The notes under the pieces are model-generated. The model was not told the DNA's origin and searched no databases. It saw only the letters and a list, made by a program, of their open reading frames with translations. Below, in pieces: positions 46,871-56,596 of a stretch of DNA of 64,000 nt. Position 1 is the first letter of the stretch. Each line of letters starts with the position of its first letter. The translations under genes were made by a program, and so were the position numbers. The DNA comes from Planctomycetota bacterium (lineage in GTDB: Bacteria; Planctomycetota; UBA11346), in the NCBI GenBank assembly GCA_038231435.1, contig JBBRLJ010000006.1, positions 1 through 64,000 on the forward strand. Direction: 5' to 3'.

Positions 46871-48220
46871 TCACTCCCACACCGCCGTCTCGTCAGCGAA
46901 GATCTGGCAGGCGGCGACCGCCGCCGGGCGGCCGTTGCCGCTCAGGCCGCAGCCGCCGAACGGCAGGTCCGAACGGGCGCCAGCGGTCGGGCGGTTCCAG
47001 TTCACCTGGCCGTACGGCAGGCGCGCGGCCATGGTGCGGAAACGCTCGTTCGAGGCGGTGAACACCGATGCCGCGAGCCGGTGCGGATTGGCGGCGACGC
47101 GCGCGACGCACTCGTCCGGGTCGTCGTAGGCGTCGACGATCAGCGCCGGACCGAAATGCTCGTCTCGATACAGGTCGCTCGCGCGCGCCCCGCTATCGCG
47201 CGCCACCAGCAGCAACGGATCCGCGAAGCACGACGCCGGCGACGCTGGCTGCGCGCGGCCCGCGATCAGCTCGATGCCGCGCGGAAGCGCGCGGTACGGG
47301 CCCTGGAAGCCCTCACGCAGCGTTGCCGAGATCATCGGACCAGCGGCGGCGCTGGGATCGCGGCCCGGCACCCAGCGCCCTCGCGCCGTGGCCAGCGCAT
47401 CCAGCGCGTCGTCCAGCAGTGCGCGGGGAACATGCGCGATGCGCGTCGCCGTGCAGCGCTGACCGGCCATGCGCCAGGCGCCGTCGGCGATCGCCTCGAC
47501 GGCCGCGGGCAGTGCTGCGTCGTCGCAGACGAGGGCATGATTCACGCCACCCAGCTCGAGCGCGAGCACCGTCTCTGGACGCACGGCGAGCACGTGCGCG
47601 AGGCCGAGGCCCATGCCCCGGCTGCCGACCGCCGCCACGGTGGCGACACGCGCATCGCCCGCGAGTGCCGCGGCGATGGCGCTGCCGCCCTGGACCACGC
47701 GGCAGACGCCATCGAGCCCGGCGCGCGCGAGCAGGTCGCGGTACAGCTCGCCCAGCGCCGGGCAGCGCTCGCTGGGCTTGGCCACCACCGTGCAGCCCAC
47801 CGCCAGCGCCGGCGCCACCAGCCCGTGCAGCAGGTGGAGCGGGAAGTTGTACGGGCCGATGGCCAGGGCGACGCCGCGCGCGCGCCAGGCGATCGACGAG
47901 CCCGCCGTCGCGGTGACGCGCGCGAGCGCCTGCTCGAGCGTGACCGCGATCTTCTTGGGCAAGAGATCGGCTTCGGCATCCGCGTCGGCGCGCGTCTTCC
48001 CCGCCTCGCGCACCAGCAGCGCGCTGATCTCCTGCCGCGCGGCGGCGAGGACCTGGGCGAATCCGCGCAGGCGTTCGGCGCGATCGTGGGCTGAGGACCA
48101 GGCGGGAAACGCCGCAGCCATCGTGGCGACCGCGGCGGTGGCATCGCCCGCGTCCGCGGCCTGGCCGGTGAACACCTGCTCGCGCGGGTTCCACGGACTG
48201 ACGCTCACCAATGCGGTCAC
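46871..48220 (-). CDS. astD: Succinylglutamate-semialdehyde dehydrogenase
   Basis: GPYNFPLHL..G, KPSE, LELGG.N, AGQRCT, EHFGP, NWNRPTAGA..LPFGG.GLSGN.RP. Confidence 0.9.
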   Translation of the reverse strand: MTALVSVSPWNPREQVFTGQAADAGDATAAVATMAAAFPAWSSAHDRAERLRGFAQVLAAARQEISALLVREAGKTRADADAEADLLPKKIAVTLEQALARVTATAGSSIAWRARGVALAIGPYNFPLHLLHGLVAPALAVGCTVVAKPSERCPALGELYRDLLARAGLDGVCRVVQGGSAIAAALAGDARVATVAAVGSRGMGLGLAHVLAVRPETVLALELGGVNHALVCDDAALPAAVEAIADGAWRMAGQRCTATRIAHVPRALLDDALDALATARGRWVPGRDPSAAAGPMISATLREGFQGPYRALPRGIELIAGRAQPASPASCFADPLLLVARDSGARASDLYRDEHFGPALIVDAYDDPDECVARVAANPHRLAASVFTASNERFRTMAARLPYGQVNWNRPTAGARSDLPFGGCGLSGNGRPAAVAACQIFADETAVWE

Positions 48221-49575
48221 ACCGGCCCGCCTTGGAAGCGGTAGAGTCGCGGAAGGCCCAGCAGGATTGACAGCTCTTCGAGCGCGACGCGGCTCTCGTC
48301 GAGCAGGCGCTCGTCGCGCAGATCGGCGATCGAGAGTTCGCGGCGATAGCGCCGGTCGACCCACTGTTCGAGTTGCCGCAGCTTGTCCTCGTCAAGCACG
48401 ATGCCCGCTGGCAGCGCGGCGAGTTCGCGCGCGTTCAGCGGCACGCGCAGGCGCAGGCACGCAGGGCCGCCTCCGCCCATCATGCTCTCGCGCAGGTCGA
48501 TGAACTCGACGCGGTCGACGAAGCCGTCGGCGCGCAGGCGGTCGATGACCGCGCGCGCAGTGCCGTCCGCGCTCTCGGCGGGCGCCACCAACGCGACGCC
48601 GCGCGGAGTGTGCAGGATCTGGCTGTTGAAGAGGTACGAGCGCACCGCCTGATCGAGCGCGAGCTCGGCCTCGCCGACCACCGCCACGCGCAGCTCGCCT
48701 GCGTGCGCGGCGAGGTCGGCGAGCACCCGCGGCTGGTCGACCAGGGCGCGCTCGTGGATCAGGATCCGCTCGCGCGAACCGACCATGACCACATCGTTGT
48801 GGAAGGCGCCGGCATCGATGGCCGCGGGATGCTGGCGCGCATGCACGACCGCCTTGGCGCCGCCGAGCCGCGCCGCGGCGGCGGAGGCCTCGCGCCATTG
48901 GCGCGGGGCGAAGCGCCGGGGCAGCTCCTCGGCGCTGGTCGACGCCGAGCGCCCGTGCACGAACAGGTGGCAGGCGCCGGCCGGGCCGACCGCGCGGTGG
49001 TGGTTGGCCGCGCCTTCGTCGCCCAGCGCGGCGGTGGACGGCAGGGGATCGTGGACCACGAAGCGCTGGCCATCGGCGAAGATGCGGCGCAGCATGCGCG
49101 CGCGCGGCTCGGCCTCGAGCGCGCGGTGCGGCATCGCCGCGAGATTGGCCGTGATCAGGTGGCAGAGCCCGTCGGGGCTGTCGCTGGATGGGATGACGGT
49201 GGCGCAGTTCGCCGTCCACATGAACGCGCTCGAGCAGGCGTGACGCAGCAGCTGGGGCTCGGCCTTGGCGGCCTGCGCGACGATCTGCGCGTCGCTGCCG
49301 GCGAAGCCGAGCCGGCGCAGGAAATCGACCTCGGGCCTGGGCAGCGGCGGCAGCACCGCCTGGGTCACGCCCAGCGCCATGACCACGCGCATCTTCGCCA
49401 GGCACTGGCGCGCCGCGGCGCGCGGATTGGCCTTGGCGCCAGCGTTCGCCTGGCTGGCGAGATTGCCGGGGCTGAGTCCGCCGTGGAAGCTGGTCGGCCC
49501 GGGCAGGCCGTCGAATTGGACTTCGGTTTCGACGGCGTCGGCGTGCGGCGTGCGGGGTGCGACGTGCGGCGACAT
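48217..49575 (-). CDS. astB: N-succinylarginine dihydrolase
   Basis: EVQFDGLPGPT, GNLAS, DEGAANH, GAFHNDV, SYLFNSQ, GGGPACLRLRV. Confidence 0.95.
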   Translation of the reverse strand: MSPHVAPRTPHADAVETEVQFDGLPGPTSFHGGLSPGNLASQANAGAKANPRAAARQCLAKMRVVMALGVTQAVLPPLPRPEVDFLRRLGFAGSDAQIVAQAAKAEPQLLRHACSSAFMWTANCATVIPSSDSPDGLCHLITANLAAMPHRALEAEPRARMLRRIFADGQRFVVHDPLPSTAALGDEGAANHHRAVGPAGACHLFVHGRSASTSAEELPRRFAPRQWREASAAAARLGGAKAVVHARQHPAAIDAGAFHNDVVMVGSRERILIHERALVDQPRVLADLAAHAGELRVAVVGEAELALDQAVRSYLFNSQILHTPRGVALVAPAESADGTARAVIDRLRADGFVDRVEFIDLRESMMGGGGPACLRLRVPLNARELAALPAGIVLDEDKLRQLEQWVDRRYRRELSIADLRDERLLDESRVALEELSILLGLPRLYRFQGGPV

Positions 49576-49635
49576 GAACGGCAGTTTCCCCCTCTCGGCG
49601 CTTGCCGCCATCCTGAAATGGCATCCTCTGACGCC

Positions 49636-50484
49636 ATGACCGATCGTACCTCAGACGCCGCATCCCGCACCCCGCACCCCGCACTGCCGCCGTTGGCCTT
49701 CATTGGCGGCGGCAACATGGCCACGGCGATGATCAACGGCCTGCGCGCGCTGCCTCAGGCTCCAGCCATCACGGTGGCCGAGCCCGATCCCGGCAAGCGC
49801 GCGTCGTTCACCGCGCTCGGGCTGGTCGCCACCGCCGACAACGGCATGGCCACCGCGTCGGCCGGACTGGTGTGCCTGGCGATCAAGCCGCAGATGGGCG
49901 CGCAGGTGGTGCCCGAGATCGGCGCCGCGTGGGCGACCGACAAGCTGCTGGTCTCGATCCTCGCCGGCACGCCGACCGCGAAGCTCGCCGGCTGGCTGCC
50001 GCGCGGCGCGCGCGTGGTGCGTGCGATGCCGAACACCCCGCTGGCAATCGGCAAGGGCATGGTCGGCCTATGCCGGGGTGAACACGCCACCGAGGCCGAT
50101 CTCGCGGTGGCCGAGGCGCTGTTCGCGCCCTGCGCGAAGGTGTTGCGCGTGAGCGATGAATCGCGCATGGATGCGGTCACCGCGGTCTCGGGCAGCGGAC
50201 CCGCCTATTTCTTCGCCTTCGCCGAGGCGCTGGTCGCGGCGGCAGAACGGCTCGGTTTCACCCGCGACGAAGCGGTGCTGCTGGTCGGGCAGACCGGCGC
50301 CGGCGCATGGGACTACCTGCTCGGCAGCGGCTTCGAGGCCAGGCGTCTGCGCGAACAGGTGACCAGCCCGGGGGGTACCACCGCGGCGGCGCTGAAGGTG
50401 CTCGACGATGCGGGTTTCGCCGCGCTCATCGATAAGGCCCTGGCCGCTGCGGAGCGGCGCGGCCGCGAGCTCGCGAAGCTGTAG
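49636..50484 (+). CDS. proC: Pyrroline-5-carboxylate reductase
   Basis: FIGGGNMA, RAMPNTP, TAVSGSGPAY, VTSPGGTT. Confidence 0.96.
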   Translation: MTDRTSDAASRTPHPALPPLAFIGGGNMATAMINGLRALPQAPAITVAEPDPGKRASFTALGLVATADNGMATASAGLVCLAIKPQMGAQVVPEIGAAWATDKLLVSILAGTPTAKLAGWLPRGARVVRAMPNTPLAIGKGMVGLCRGEHATEADLAVAEALFAPCAKVLRVSDESRMDAVTAVSGSGPAYFFAFAEALVAAAERLGFTRDEAVLLVGQTGAGAWDYLLGSGFEARRLREQVTSPGGTTAAALKVLDDAGFAALIDKALAAAERRGRELAKL

Positions 50485-50621
50485 CGGCGCGAATCTGTAT
50501 CCGCGCGAAGTTGAAGCCGCGCGGTGCTTAAGCCGCACGATGCCTAGCCGCGCGAAGCCGTTGCCGAGAGTCGAGAAGGTCGCCAAGAAAGCCGCCTCGC
50601 ATGGACGCGGCGGTGGTTTCG

Positions 50622-51113
50622 CTAATACGTGATAGGCTGCCTCACGCCCTCGGCGGCCTTGCCGGCGCCGTTCCCGCTGCCGTGCATGCTCGCGACGTAC
50701 GCGGCCAGCGCGTGAATGTCCTCGACGGGCATGAAATTCTTCCACACCGGCATGGCCTTCGCCGCGTTGCCCTCGGCGATCGCCCGGCAGAGGTCGCGCA
50801 TGTCCGAGCCGTGCAGCCAGTAATCGTCGCGCAGGTTGGGGCCTTGGGTGCCCTCGCCCGCGGGGCCATGGCAGCCGATGCAATTTCCCCACAGCGCGCG
50901 CCCCCTCGCGACGACCGCCGGATCGTGGGCCAGTTGGCGCAGCTCGGCCTCGGGAAGCTCGGTTGCCGGCGCGCTGACGGCAACGCCGACCGGAGCGGCG
51001 AGCGATCCGATCCAGAGCAGGGGAAGACCGGCGGCGACCGCGATCGCCCACCACCACCACGGTGGCTTCCACCCTCGGGGCTGGGCGGCGGGCTGCGTCG
51101 GGCCGGGCGGCAT
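50622..51113 (-). CDS. Monoheme c-type cytochrome (CcoP-like domain)
   Basis: N-terminal TM, CIGCH, GPNLRDDYWLHG, MPVW. Confidence 0.85.
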   Translation of the reverse strand: MPPGPTQPAAQPRGWKPPWWWWAIAVAAGLPLLWIGSLAAPVGVAVSAPATELPEAELRQLAHDPAVVARGRALWGNCIGCHGPAGEGTQGPNLRDDYWLHGSDMRDLCRAIAEGNAAKAMPVWKNFMPVEDIHALAAYVASMHGSGNGAGKAAEGVRQPITY

Positions 51114-51247
51114 GGCGAGAGGGTGCCAGCGCGGCGGCGCGCGCAATCCGCCGCTCGGCGGCGCGGGCCGGCAGCGCCGTCCAGCCCAGGGAACCCTTTC
51201 GCTAGCGCGGAAGAATCGGACCCTAATGCTCTCGGTGAGAGGTCACC

Positions 51248-51748
51248 ATGGACATCGGCGCCAATTCGATCGTCAGCATGCACTACCGCGTCGCCACCGC
51301 CGAGGGACAACACGTCGACCAGAGCGAGGAAGGTCAACCGATGGTCTACATGCACGGCCACGGACAGATCATCCCCGGACTCGAGGCCGCGCTGATAGGT
51401 CACAAGAAAGGCGAGAAGATCGAGGCCGAGATCGCGCCCGCCGACGCCTACGGCGACTACGACGCCGGACTCGACCTCAAGGTCTCGAAGGATCTCTTCC
51501 CGAAGGATGTGCAGAAGAAGCTGAAGCCCGGATTCCAGTTCATGGCCGAGCACCCCACCAAGGAGGGCGAGAACGTCCTCTTCACCGTCCACAAGATCGA
51601 GGACGACGCGGTGCTGGTGAGCGGTAACCATCCGCTCGCCGGGCAGCGCCTGCTTTTCAAGGTCGAGGTCGTGGACGTGCGCCCGGCCACCGAGGAGGAG
51701 CTGTCGCACGGCCACGCCCACGGTCCTGGTGGCCACCACCACCACTGA
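51248..51748 (+). CDS. slyD: FKBP-type peptidyl-prolyl isomerase SlyD
   Basis: HGHGQIIPGLE, AYG, NHPLAG, His-rich tail. Confidence 0.95.
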   Translation: MDIGANSIVSMHYRVATAEGQHVDQSEEGQPMVYMHGHGQIIPGLEAALIGHKKGEKIEAEIAPADAYGDYDAGLDLKVSKDLFPKDVQKKLKPGFQFMAEHPTKEGENVLFTVHKIEDDAVLVSGNHPLAGQRLLFKVEVVDVRPATEEELSHGHAHGPGGHHHH

Positions 51749-51860
51749 GATCAGGTCTCTACGAGAGTGCACGTCGCTTGGCGCCTGGGCCCGGTCGCCC
51801 CTGTCCCACCCTGCGGGGCCAGCCCTGGCGCCGGCTGGTCGCGCCCTAGGCTGCTTCGCG

Positions 51861-52634
51861 ATGCGGCACGCGACGGATCCTGACGGCGTCTTGGCGGTGA
51901 TCCCGGCCTATAACGAAGCCGGCCGGATCGTTGCGGTCATCGAGGGTCTGCTGGCGATCGGCCTGCCCGTGCTGGTGGTCGACGACGGCAGCCGCGATGG
52001 CACCGGCGACGCGGCGCGCGCCGCGGGCGCGCGGGTGCTGCGCAAGATCAATGGCGGCAAAGGCACGGCGATCCTCGCGGGCTGCGCCTGGGCGATCGAG
52101 CGCGGCTTCGCGAAGGTGGTGCTGCTCGACGGCGACGGCCAGCACGATCCGCGCGAGGCTCTGCGCCTGATCCGTTCCTCGGGCCGCGCCGATCTGGTGA
52201 TCGGCAAGCGCGTGCTCGGCCTGTCCGCCCAGCCGCTCTACCGCCGCGTCTTCAATCGCCTGAGCAGCCTGCTGGTCACGCTCGCCGCGGGACGCCGCAT
52301 CATCGACAGCCAGAGCGGCTTCCGCATGTGCGATCCCCGACTGCTGCTGCGCCTGCCGCTCGCTGGCCTGCGCTACGATCTGGAAAGCGAGCTGTGCGTG
52401 CTCGCCGCGCGCGCCGGCATGCGCATCTCCGAGGTGCCCATCTCGGTGATCTACAACGACAAGCGCTCCGGCGTCCATCCGGTCTACGATACCGCCCGCT
52501 TCGTGCGCGCGGTGGCTCGCAGCGTGGTCAGCAGTCGCCCGCGCCTGCGACCGGTGCGCATTCCGGCGGCTGCGACTCCCCTGGCGCCGGCCGCCGCGCA
52601 AGGTCTTGCGCTCGCCTCCTCAGCCGCTTCCTAG
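51861..52634 (+). CDS. Family 2 glycosyltransferase (DPM1-like)
   Basis: VIPAYNE, VVDDGSRDGT, DGDGQH, DSQSGFR. Confidence 0.92.
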   Translation: MRHATDPDGVLAVIPAYNEAGRIVAVIEGLLAIGLPVLVVDDGSRDGTGDAARAAGARVLRKINGGKGTAILAGCAWAIERGFAKVVLLDGDGQHDPREALRLIRSSGRADLVIGKRVLGLSAQPLYRRVFNRLSSLLVTLAAGRRIIDSQSGFRMCDPRLLLRLPLAGLRYDLESELCVLAARAGMRISEVPISVIYNDKRSGVHPVYDTARFVRAVARSVVSSRPRLRPVRIPAAATPLAPAAAQGLALASSAAS

Positions 52635-52660
52635 CGCCCCAGCGCCGCTACGGTGTGGCG

Positions 52661-54574
52661 ATGGCTACGCCCCCGACCATCCGCCAGCTTCCCGAGATCG
52701 TCGCCAACCAGATCGCGGCTGGCGAAGTCGTCGAACGCCCCGCCGCGGTGGTGAAGGAGCTCGCCGAGAACAGCCTCGATGCCGGCGCGCGCCGCGTGAT
52801 CGTGCGCTGCGAGGATGGCGGACGGCGCCTGGTCGAGGTCGAGGACGACGGCCACGGCATGCGCCCTGGCGATCTGCGCCTCGCGATGTCGCGCCACGCC
52901 ACCAGCAAACTATCGACCGCCGAGGACCTGTTCCGCGTCGGCACCCTGGGCTTCCGCGGCGAAGCCTTGCCATCGATCGCGGCGGTGAGCGAATTCTCGC
53001 TCGCGAGCCGGCCGCACGGCGCCGAGATGGGCCAGCGCCTGGCGCTCAGCGGCTCGCGCGAGGACGCCTACGAGGCTTGCGCCATGGCCGCCGGGACCCG
53101 CGTGACGGTGCGCAACCTGTTCTGGAACGTGCCCGCGCGGCTCAAGTTCCTCAAGAATGAGGCCTCCGAGACCGGCCATGTCACCGAGCAGGTCATCCGC
53201 CTCGCGCTCGGGCACCCGCGCGTCGCCTTCCGACTCGAGACCGGTGGCCGCGCGCCCGTGGATCTGCCGGCCGACCAGACGCTCGAGCTGCGCGTGTGCG
53301 CGCTGTTCGGCAAGGGCTTCGCCGACAGCTTGCTGGCGGTGGCTGAGAGCAACGAGGGCATGCAGCTCGCCGGCTTCGTCGCGCATCCGCGCGAGGCCAA
53401 GCCGACGGCGAAGCGCCAGTATTGCTTCCTCAACGGCCGCTTCGTGCGCGACAAGCTGCTGCTGGCCGCGGTGCGCGAGGGCTTCAAGGGCTTCCTCGAG
53501 CCGCGCCTGCATGGCGCGGTGTTCCTGCACCTCGATCTCGATCCCGCGCTGGTCGACGTCAACGTGCATCCGACGAAATCCGAAGTGCGATTCCGCCGCG
53601 AGAGCGAGGTCTTCGTGCTGGTCAGCCGCGCCCTGCGCCGCGCGCTCGAAGCCAACAGCGGGAATTTCAGCCTGCTCACACCAGCTGATGCGGCGCTGCA
53701 ATCGTCGGCGCGACCGGCGGCGCCCTACCGCGAGATCGTCAAGCCGGCTTTCGCGCCCACGGCGCCGACGGTGCAGGAACGCTACCTGCCGCATACGCCG
53801 ATGACCCACGAGGCGCCTCGACAGGCCCCCGCGACGGTGGCTCATTCCATCTCCCCGGCAAATCCTGGTGCGGCGCCCGTTCGCGAGCGCGCCGCCGAGC
53901 CCGCGAGCGGCTACTCAGTCAGGGACTCGGCGAGGGACTCCGCGCGCGGGGTCGTCATCGCCGCGCGCGGTCCGGCCGAGGATTCCGCACGCGATACCAG
54001 CATGCCCGCCGGCGTGCGGCGCGTGCTGCAGCTCAATCGCATGTACCTGCTGATCGAGACCGACGACGGCGTGCGCATCGTCGACCAGCACGCCCTGCAC
54101 GAGAAGGCGCTGTTCCTGTGCCTCGATCCGGCGATCGGCGATTTCACCGCCGGCGGCCGCCAGGAGCTGCTCATTCCCAAGACCATCGAGCTGACCGCCG
54201 CCGAGGTCTCTGCCGTCGAACCGCTGCTGCCGAGCCTCGAGGCGCACGGCATCCACGCCGAGGTCTTCGGCCCCACCTGCGTGCTGGTGCGCTCGAGCCC
54301 GGCCGCGCTCAAGCGGCTGAACTGGGTGGCCTTCTTCTCGGGCCTCGCCGATTCGGGCTCGGGCGCCAAGGCCGCGGGCACCATCTCGGAGCGCATCGCG
54401 CACAGCGCCGCGTGCCATGGGGCGGTGAAGGCCGGCCAGGAGCTGGCCCCGGAAGAGCAGCTCGAGCTGGTGCGCCTGCTCTACCGGCTCGAACACATGG
54501 AGCACTGCCCGCATGGGCGGCCGACGACGCTCGATCTTGGTTGGGGCGAACTCGCCCGCCGATTCCAGCGCTGA
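52661..54574 (+). CDS. mutL: DNA mismatch repair endonuclease MutL
   Basis: NQIAAGEVVERP, GFRGEAL, DVNVHPTK, DQHALHE, CPHGRP. Confidence 0.97.
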   Translation: MATPPTIRQLPEIVANQIAAGEVVERPAAVVKELAENSLDAGARRVIVRCEDGGRRLVEVEDDGHGMRPGDLRLAMSRHATSKLSTAEDLFRVGTLGFRGEALPSIAAVSEFSLASRPHGAEMGQRLALSGSREDAYEACAMAAGTRVTVRNLFWNVPARLKFLKNEASETGHVTEQVIRLALGHPRVAFRLETGGRAPVDLPADQTLELRVCALFGKGFADSLLAVAESNEGMQLAGFVAHPREAKPTAKRQYCFLNGRFVRDKLLLAAVREGFKGFLEPRLHGAVFLHLDLDPALVDVNVHPTKSEVRFRRESEVFVLVSRALRRALEANSGNFSLLTPADAALQSSARPAAPYREIVKPAFAPTAPTVQERYLPHTPMTHEAPRQAPATVAHSISPANPGAAPVRERAAEPASGYSVRDSARDSARGVVIAARGPAEDSARDTSMPAGVRRVLQLNRMYLLIETDDGVRIVDQHALHEKALFLCLDPAIGDFTAGGRQELLIPKTIELTAAEVSAVEPLLPSLEAHGIHAEVFGPTCVLVRSSPAALKRLNWVAFFSGLADSGSGAKAAGTISERIAHSAACHGAVKAGQELAPEEQLELVRLLYRLEHMEHCPHGRPTTLDLGWGELARRFQR

Positions 54575-54580
54575 CTTTTT

Positions 54581-54659
54581 GTTGGGGGGCTACGGCCCCC
54601 CAACATCGGCCTCCGGCCTGCCCCCCAGACAGCTGGGGGACCTGGGGTGGGACGGCGGA
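54581..54659 (+). repeat. Family B-related hairpin repeat
   Basis: GTTGGGGGGCTACGGCCCCCCAACATCG...CTGCCCCCCAG...GACGGCGGA; second copy at 56526-56603. Confidence 0.8.
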
Positions 54660-54693
54660 CTACTGGTGATTGCGATCCTGATGCTTTCTTGAG

Positions 54694-55578
54694 TCAACGC
54701 AGACGCGGGGTCTTCTTGCCATGCTTCTGTTCCCGCCAGGTGCTGGCGGAACAGCCGGCGATGGCGGTGAAGGATTTGGCGAAGTGCTGGGATGAGGAGA
54801 AGCCGAGGTCGAGGGCGATCGCGGTGATGGCGGCGTCGCTGGTGGCGAGTTGGTGCTTGGCGCGCTCGATGCGTTGGCGCAGCAGGTACTGGCGCGGCGA
54901 GACGCCGACCTCGTGGGTGAAGAGGTTGACCAGATGGTTGGGCGACATGCCGACCAGGCGGCCGAGCTCGATGAGGCGCCAGGCCTGCTCGGGATGACTC
55001 TCGATCAGGTGCTTGGCCTTGGTGACCGCCGGATGCATGGGGATGAGCGGATCGCCGCGCCGCGCGCCGGCGGCGGCCTCGAGCAGGCGCGTCGCCTCGA
55101 TGACCACGGTGTCCAGCGCCGCGCGCAGGCCCTCGGCGCGATGCGGCTGGGCCATGGTGACTTCGCGCACTAGTTGGCGGAACGGCGGCTCGATGGCTTC
55201 GGCGTTCTCGATGCGCAAGAACGAGCCCTTCCGCCACGGCCCCGCCAGGCCGGGCAGGCGCGCGAAGACGGCATCGAGGTCGACGATGGCGAAGACGAAG
55301 TGGTGCTTGCGGGTAGAGCTGTCGACCAGGCGGTGCTCGACGTCGGGCGGCGCCGCGTACATGTCCCCTGGCCCGAGTTGCACGCCACCGCGCGCGCTCC
55401 GCCAACGCGACACCCCGTCGAGCTGCAGGTACAGCTCCCAGGCATGATGGGCATGTACGCCGATCTCGCGCTGCCTGGGGAACCACTGCTCGCCCAGGGC
55501 CAGCAGCTCAGGCACCGTCTCGTCAGGTGCATCGGCATGGAATCCGGCGATGACGCCGTGGGGTCTGACGTACTGCAT
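54694..55578 (-). CDS. AraC family transcriptional regulator
   Basis: Cupin HAHHAWE, HTH ending IALDLGFSSSQHF. Confidence 0.92.
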   Translation of the reverse strand: MQYVRPHGVIAGFHADAPDETVPELLALGEQWFPRQREIGVHAHHAWELYLQLDGVSRWRSARGGVQLGPGDMYAAPPDVEHRLVDSSTRKHHFVFAIVDLDAVFARLPGLAGPWRKGSFLRIENAEAIEPPFRQLVREVTMAQPHRAEGLRAALDTVVIEATRLLEAAAGARRGDPLIPMHPAVTKAKHLIESHPEQAWRLIELGRLVGMSPNHLVNLFTHEVGVSPRQYLLRQRIERAKHQLATSDAAITAIALDLGFSSSQHFAKSFTAIAGCSASTWREQKHGKKTPRLR

Positions 55579-55648
55579 GGCGTAATATTTGATACATGTG
55601 CGATGCGCGCGGACAAGCCCCGGCGCCGCGTGCGGAGATGATCCCGAC

Positions 55649-56596
55649 ATGGACTTCCTGCTGACGGACGAGGAACGCGCCCTGCTGCCAACCGAGGACG
55701 AGGTCGAGTCCTTCCGCGAGCGCGGCTGGTACATCTCGCGGCCGCTGTTCACCGCCGAACGCCTGGCGCGCGTGGTCGCTGCCAGCGAGCGCTTCTACAC
55801 CGGTGAACGCGACATGCCGATGCCCGACGGCAGCGCCGACTACAAATGGACCTGGAAGCCCGAGCACGGCGATGGACTGCGCAAGAGCGACTATTCGTCG
55901 CTGCAGAACCGCGAGCTCCAGGCGCTGGTGCGCTCGCCGATCCTGGGCGCGATCGCCGCGGTGCTGACCGGGTCGGACGAGATCCGGCTGTGGCACGATC
56001 AACTGCTGTACAAGCCGGTCGACTCAGGCGAGCGCAACAACAGCGTCGGCTGGCACACCGATCGCGGTTATTGGAAGACCTGCTCGTCGAGCGCGATGCT
56101 CACCGCGTGGGTGCCGTTCCACGATTGCGACGCCACGATGGGCACCGTCAGCATGATCGATGGCAGCAACCATTGGCCGGACAACACCGAGAAGCTGAAC
56201 TTCTTCGATCCGAACCTCGAAGCGCTCGAACGCCAGTTCATCACCGGCGGGAAACCGGTGGTGAAGGTGCCGATGGAGCTGCGCGCCGGGCAGGTCAGCT
56301 TCCACAGCTGCCTCACCATCCATGGCAGCGGCCAGAACCGCTCCCACCGCCCTCGCCGCTCGATCGCCATCCACATGCAGGACGCCTCCAACCGCTGGCA
56401 GGAATACCGCCACGCCGACGGCAAGCTCGCCACCCACGCCAACGACGACTTCGCGCGCAAGCTCGACGGCAATCCAGACTACAGCGATCCCGCCATCTGC
56501 CCCGTGCTGTGGAGCGGTGCTGTCGGTTGGGGGACTACGGCCCCCCAACATCGCGCTCTGCGCTGCCCCCCAGGAAGCAGGACGGCCGAGGTTTGA
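55649..56596 (+). CDS. PhyH-family Fe(II)/2-oxoglutarate dioxygenase
   Basis: HDQLLYKP, WHTD, LTAWV, FH...IHGSGQN...RR. Confidence 0.9.
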   Translation: MDFLLTDEERALLPTEDEVESFRERGWYISRPLFTAERLARVVAASERFYTGERDMPMPDGSADYKWTWKPEHGDGLRKSDYSSLQNRELQALVRSPILGAIAAVLTGSDEIRLWHDQLLYKPVDSGERNNSVGWHTDRGYWKTCSSSAMLTAWVPFHDCDATMGTVSMIDGSNHWPDNTEKLNFFDPNLEALERQFITGGKPVVKVPMELRAGQVSFHSCLTIHGSGQNRSHRPRRSIAIHMQDASNRWQEYRHADGKLATHANDDFARKLDGNPDYSDPAICPVLWSGAVGWGTTAPQHRALRCPPGSRTAEV

